Source: an uncultured bacterium
Lineage (GTDB): Bacteria; Planctomycetota; Phycisphaerae; SM23-33; FEN-1343
DNA length: 64,000 nucleotides
NCBI GenBank assembly: GCA_965372365.1
Contig: CBDVCA010000002.1
Coordinates: 936 to 64,935 of the forward strand
Direction of reading: 5' to 3'
Shown here: piece after piece, positions 62,546-64,000 of the stretch
How the letters are laid out: each line of letters opens with the position of its first letter
How positions within the stretch are numbered: the first letter of the stretch is position 1
The notes under the pieces: model-generated
What the model saw: the letters and a program-made list of their open reading frames with translations, nothing else
Database searches by the model: none
What the model was told of the DNA's origin: nothing
Translations under genes and position numbers: made by a program

Positions 62546-63985
62546 TCAGGTGAGTATCAGTTCAACCAGGAACCCGCACAGATCGGCCAGTGCGGGTGGG
62601 TTCATGTGCTCGGCCCCGGCGGCGGCCCGGGCCTTCAGTCGGCCGACGAGGCTGTTGGCGGTCTTGAACACGCCGAGGCTGTCGAGCAGGGCGGTAAGGT
62701 CGTCGAGCGCCCGGGGCGACTGGGCCGCGGCGGCCAGCAGTGCGTTCAGTTGCTCCCGTTGGGTCGGGGAGGCCGTTTCGGCGGCCAGCGCGGTCAGGTA
62801 CGTTGGCCTCGCGGCGCGGGCGTCGTCGGCCCAGCCGGATAGGTCATTGAGCACCTGGAAGCCCACGCCGATGTGCCGGGCGAAGACGTCCAACCCCCGG
62901 TCGTCGGGGATTTGTCCGCCCCCCAGAAGCACCCCCGAAGCGAGAGCCGCGGCGAAGGCCGGGGCGGTCTTGAGGGCGTACACCTTCAGCACCTGCTGCG
63001 ACGGCGGGGCCGGCGCCCCGTCGCGTCGCCAGAGCAATTCGGCGCCTTGGCCCTGGGCGAGGTGTACGTGGGCCCGGCTCATGTGTTCGGCGACGCCGGC
63101 TCCGACGCCGTCGGGCAGTTCGCCGGCGGCCGTCGCGATCAGCCGATATCCGAGCCCGAGCAGGTAATCGCCGACGTTGATGGCCATGGCCTGCCCGTGG
63201 GCGCGGTGCAGCGTGGGGCGGCCGTATCGCTGATCGTCATCGTCTTCGATATCGTCGTGGGCCAGCGAGGCTTTGTGGAACGCTTCGATAGCGACGGCTA
63301 CTCGGGCGGCGCCGTCGCCGAGGGTTTCGGGGGGCGCGTCGCTGACAGCCGCGGCCGCGGCCAGGGCGATGAACGGTCGGAGCCGCTTGCCGTCGCCGGC
63401 GAGCCATCGGCGGGCGATTTCGCTGGTGGCGTCCAGGGCCTCACCGTGGGCGTTGGGTTCGGCGGGGGCGAGCAGGGCGTCGAGTCGCGGCGGTTCGAAG
63501 ACCGCCCCGGTCACTTGCAGCAACCCCAGCCACGAGCCTTTGGGCCGCGGCGCGGAGGGGTCGTGGGTTTCGACGTATTCGGCCAGCCACGACAGATCGG
63601 CGGAGGTGTCGTGGCAATTGCTGTTGAGCAGCGGCACGGCGACGGCCGGCACGCCGAGGCGCCAGATCTTGTCGAAGACCGCTTCGAGGCTGTCCAGGCA
63701 AGCGACGCCGACGACCGCCTCGATCGACCCGGAGGCCAGCGTCTTGACGACGATGGGGGTGCCGTCGGCGATGAGCGTGCGATACCCCAACTGCTCGGCT
63801 CGGCGGCGGATCGCGCCGATATCGCCGGGCCGATCGTCCTGGCCGCCGACGTGCTCCAGGCACCGGGGCAGCAGCAGCAGTCGACGCTCGTAGGGGACGC
63901 CGGTCAATGGATCGGCCCACCAGGCGTTGGCGGCCAGGACCATGGCGAAGCCGAGGTAATCATCGGGTAAGGCCAGTCGAGTCAA
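62546..63985 (-). CDS. trans-Polyprenyl diphosphate synthase-family protein with ~180-aa N-terminal Cys-containing extension (DUF116-like)
   Basis: First Asp-rich motif LAHDDIEDDDDQRYGRPTLH (DDxxD...RRG-type). Degenerate second motif GFQVLNDLSGWADD. The N-terminal region LLLPRCLEHV...AVVGVACLDSLEAVF...PLLNSNCHDT resembles DUF116. This is recollection and is unverified. The start lies within 15 nt of the window edge. Confidence 0.65.
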   Translation of the reverse strand: MTRLALPDDYLGFAMVLAANAWWADPLTGVPYERRLLLLPRCLEHVGGQDDRPGDIGAIRRRAEQLGYRTLIADGTPIVVKTLASGSIEAVVGVACLDSLEAVFDKIWRLGVPAVAVPLLNSNCHDTSADLSWLAEYVETHDPSAPRPKGSWLGLLQVTGAVFEPPRLDALLAPAEPNAHGEALDATSEIARRWLAGDGKRLRPFIALAAAAAVSDAPPETLGDGAARVAVAIEAFHKASLAHDDIEDDDDQRYGRPTLHRAHGQAMAINVGDYLLGLGYRLIATAAGELPDGVGAGVAEHMSRAHVHLAQGQGAELLWRRDGAPAPPSQQVLKVYALKTAPAFAAALASGVLLGGGQIPDDRGLDVFARHIGVGFQVLNDLSGWADDARAARPTYLTALAAETASPTQREQLNALLAAAAQSPRALDDLTALLDSLGVFKTANSLVGRLKARAAAGAEHMNPPALADLCGFLVELILT

Positions 63986-64000
63986 GGTTTTGCGTGCGAC

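Overview
High-GC (~67%) window, probably from a Planctomycetota-like genome. Clues: a PQQ-propeller lipoprotein with a SWPQFRG motif, a dockerin-tailed giant protein, and an N-terminal EALEPRLMLS motif. Every gene from 4241 to 63985 is on the minus strand. Only the SNF2 helicase (123..2837, -) and a UbiA-family prenyltransferase (3051..4244, +) lie outside that block.

The dominant feature is one uninterrupted 41.3-kb ORF (5829..47126, -) encoding a 13,765-aa protein. It is extremely acidic and appears almost cysteine-free. It is a mosaic of recognisable modules:
- an N-terminal LEPRLMLS motif with no classical signal peptide;
- two tandem copies of a large internal supermodule, each carrying an Asp/Leu-rich repeat array;
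- an RTX beta-roll;
- beta-helix-like tracts;
- about 12 tandem copies of an unrecognised ~120-aa module;
- a cysteine-free C-type-lectin-like domain with an intact EPN/WND calcium-site signature;
- a ~1,100-aa Gln/Leu-rich helical segment flanked by paralogous beta-helix modules;
- a PKD-like domain, a 7-blade FG-GAP propeller and a C-terminal type-I dockerin.

Immediately downstream, a GC-rich hairpin is followed by a polytopic GT-C-like membrane protein. That gene is convergent with the UbiA-family enzyme carrying the decaprenyl-phosphate phosphoribosyltransferase motif. A DUF116-like::polyprenyl-synthetase fusion sits at the far end. Together these suggest a lipid-linked-sugar glycosylation system dedicated to the giant protein. 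That link is inference only.

Upstream of the giant gene is a 1.28-kb non-coding leader. It contains a ~325-bp near-perfect long inverted repeat, with one arm terminus tandemly duplicated, and a purine/pyrimidine-skewed tract.

The right half of the window encodes an unusual electron-transfer cluster. It comprises a Tat-exported NapG-like ferredoxin, a NapH-like membrane polyferredoxin fused to a NuoE-like [2Fe-2S] domain, a NuoF-like flavoprotein, and a [2Fe-2S]-GltD-like oxidoreductase. The genes are translationally coupled by ATGA/GTGA overlaps. They are followed by an MFS transporter, a large two-TM membrane protein and two tandem YkgJ-family CxxCxxCC proteins. An NHL-repeat protein and a PQQ-like beta-propeller lipoprotein complete the window.

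No rRNA, tRNA, CRISPR, transposase or phage genes were seen. Internal-domain coordinates below are approximate, within about 100 nt.
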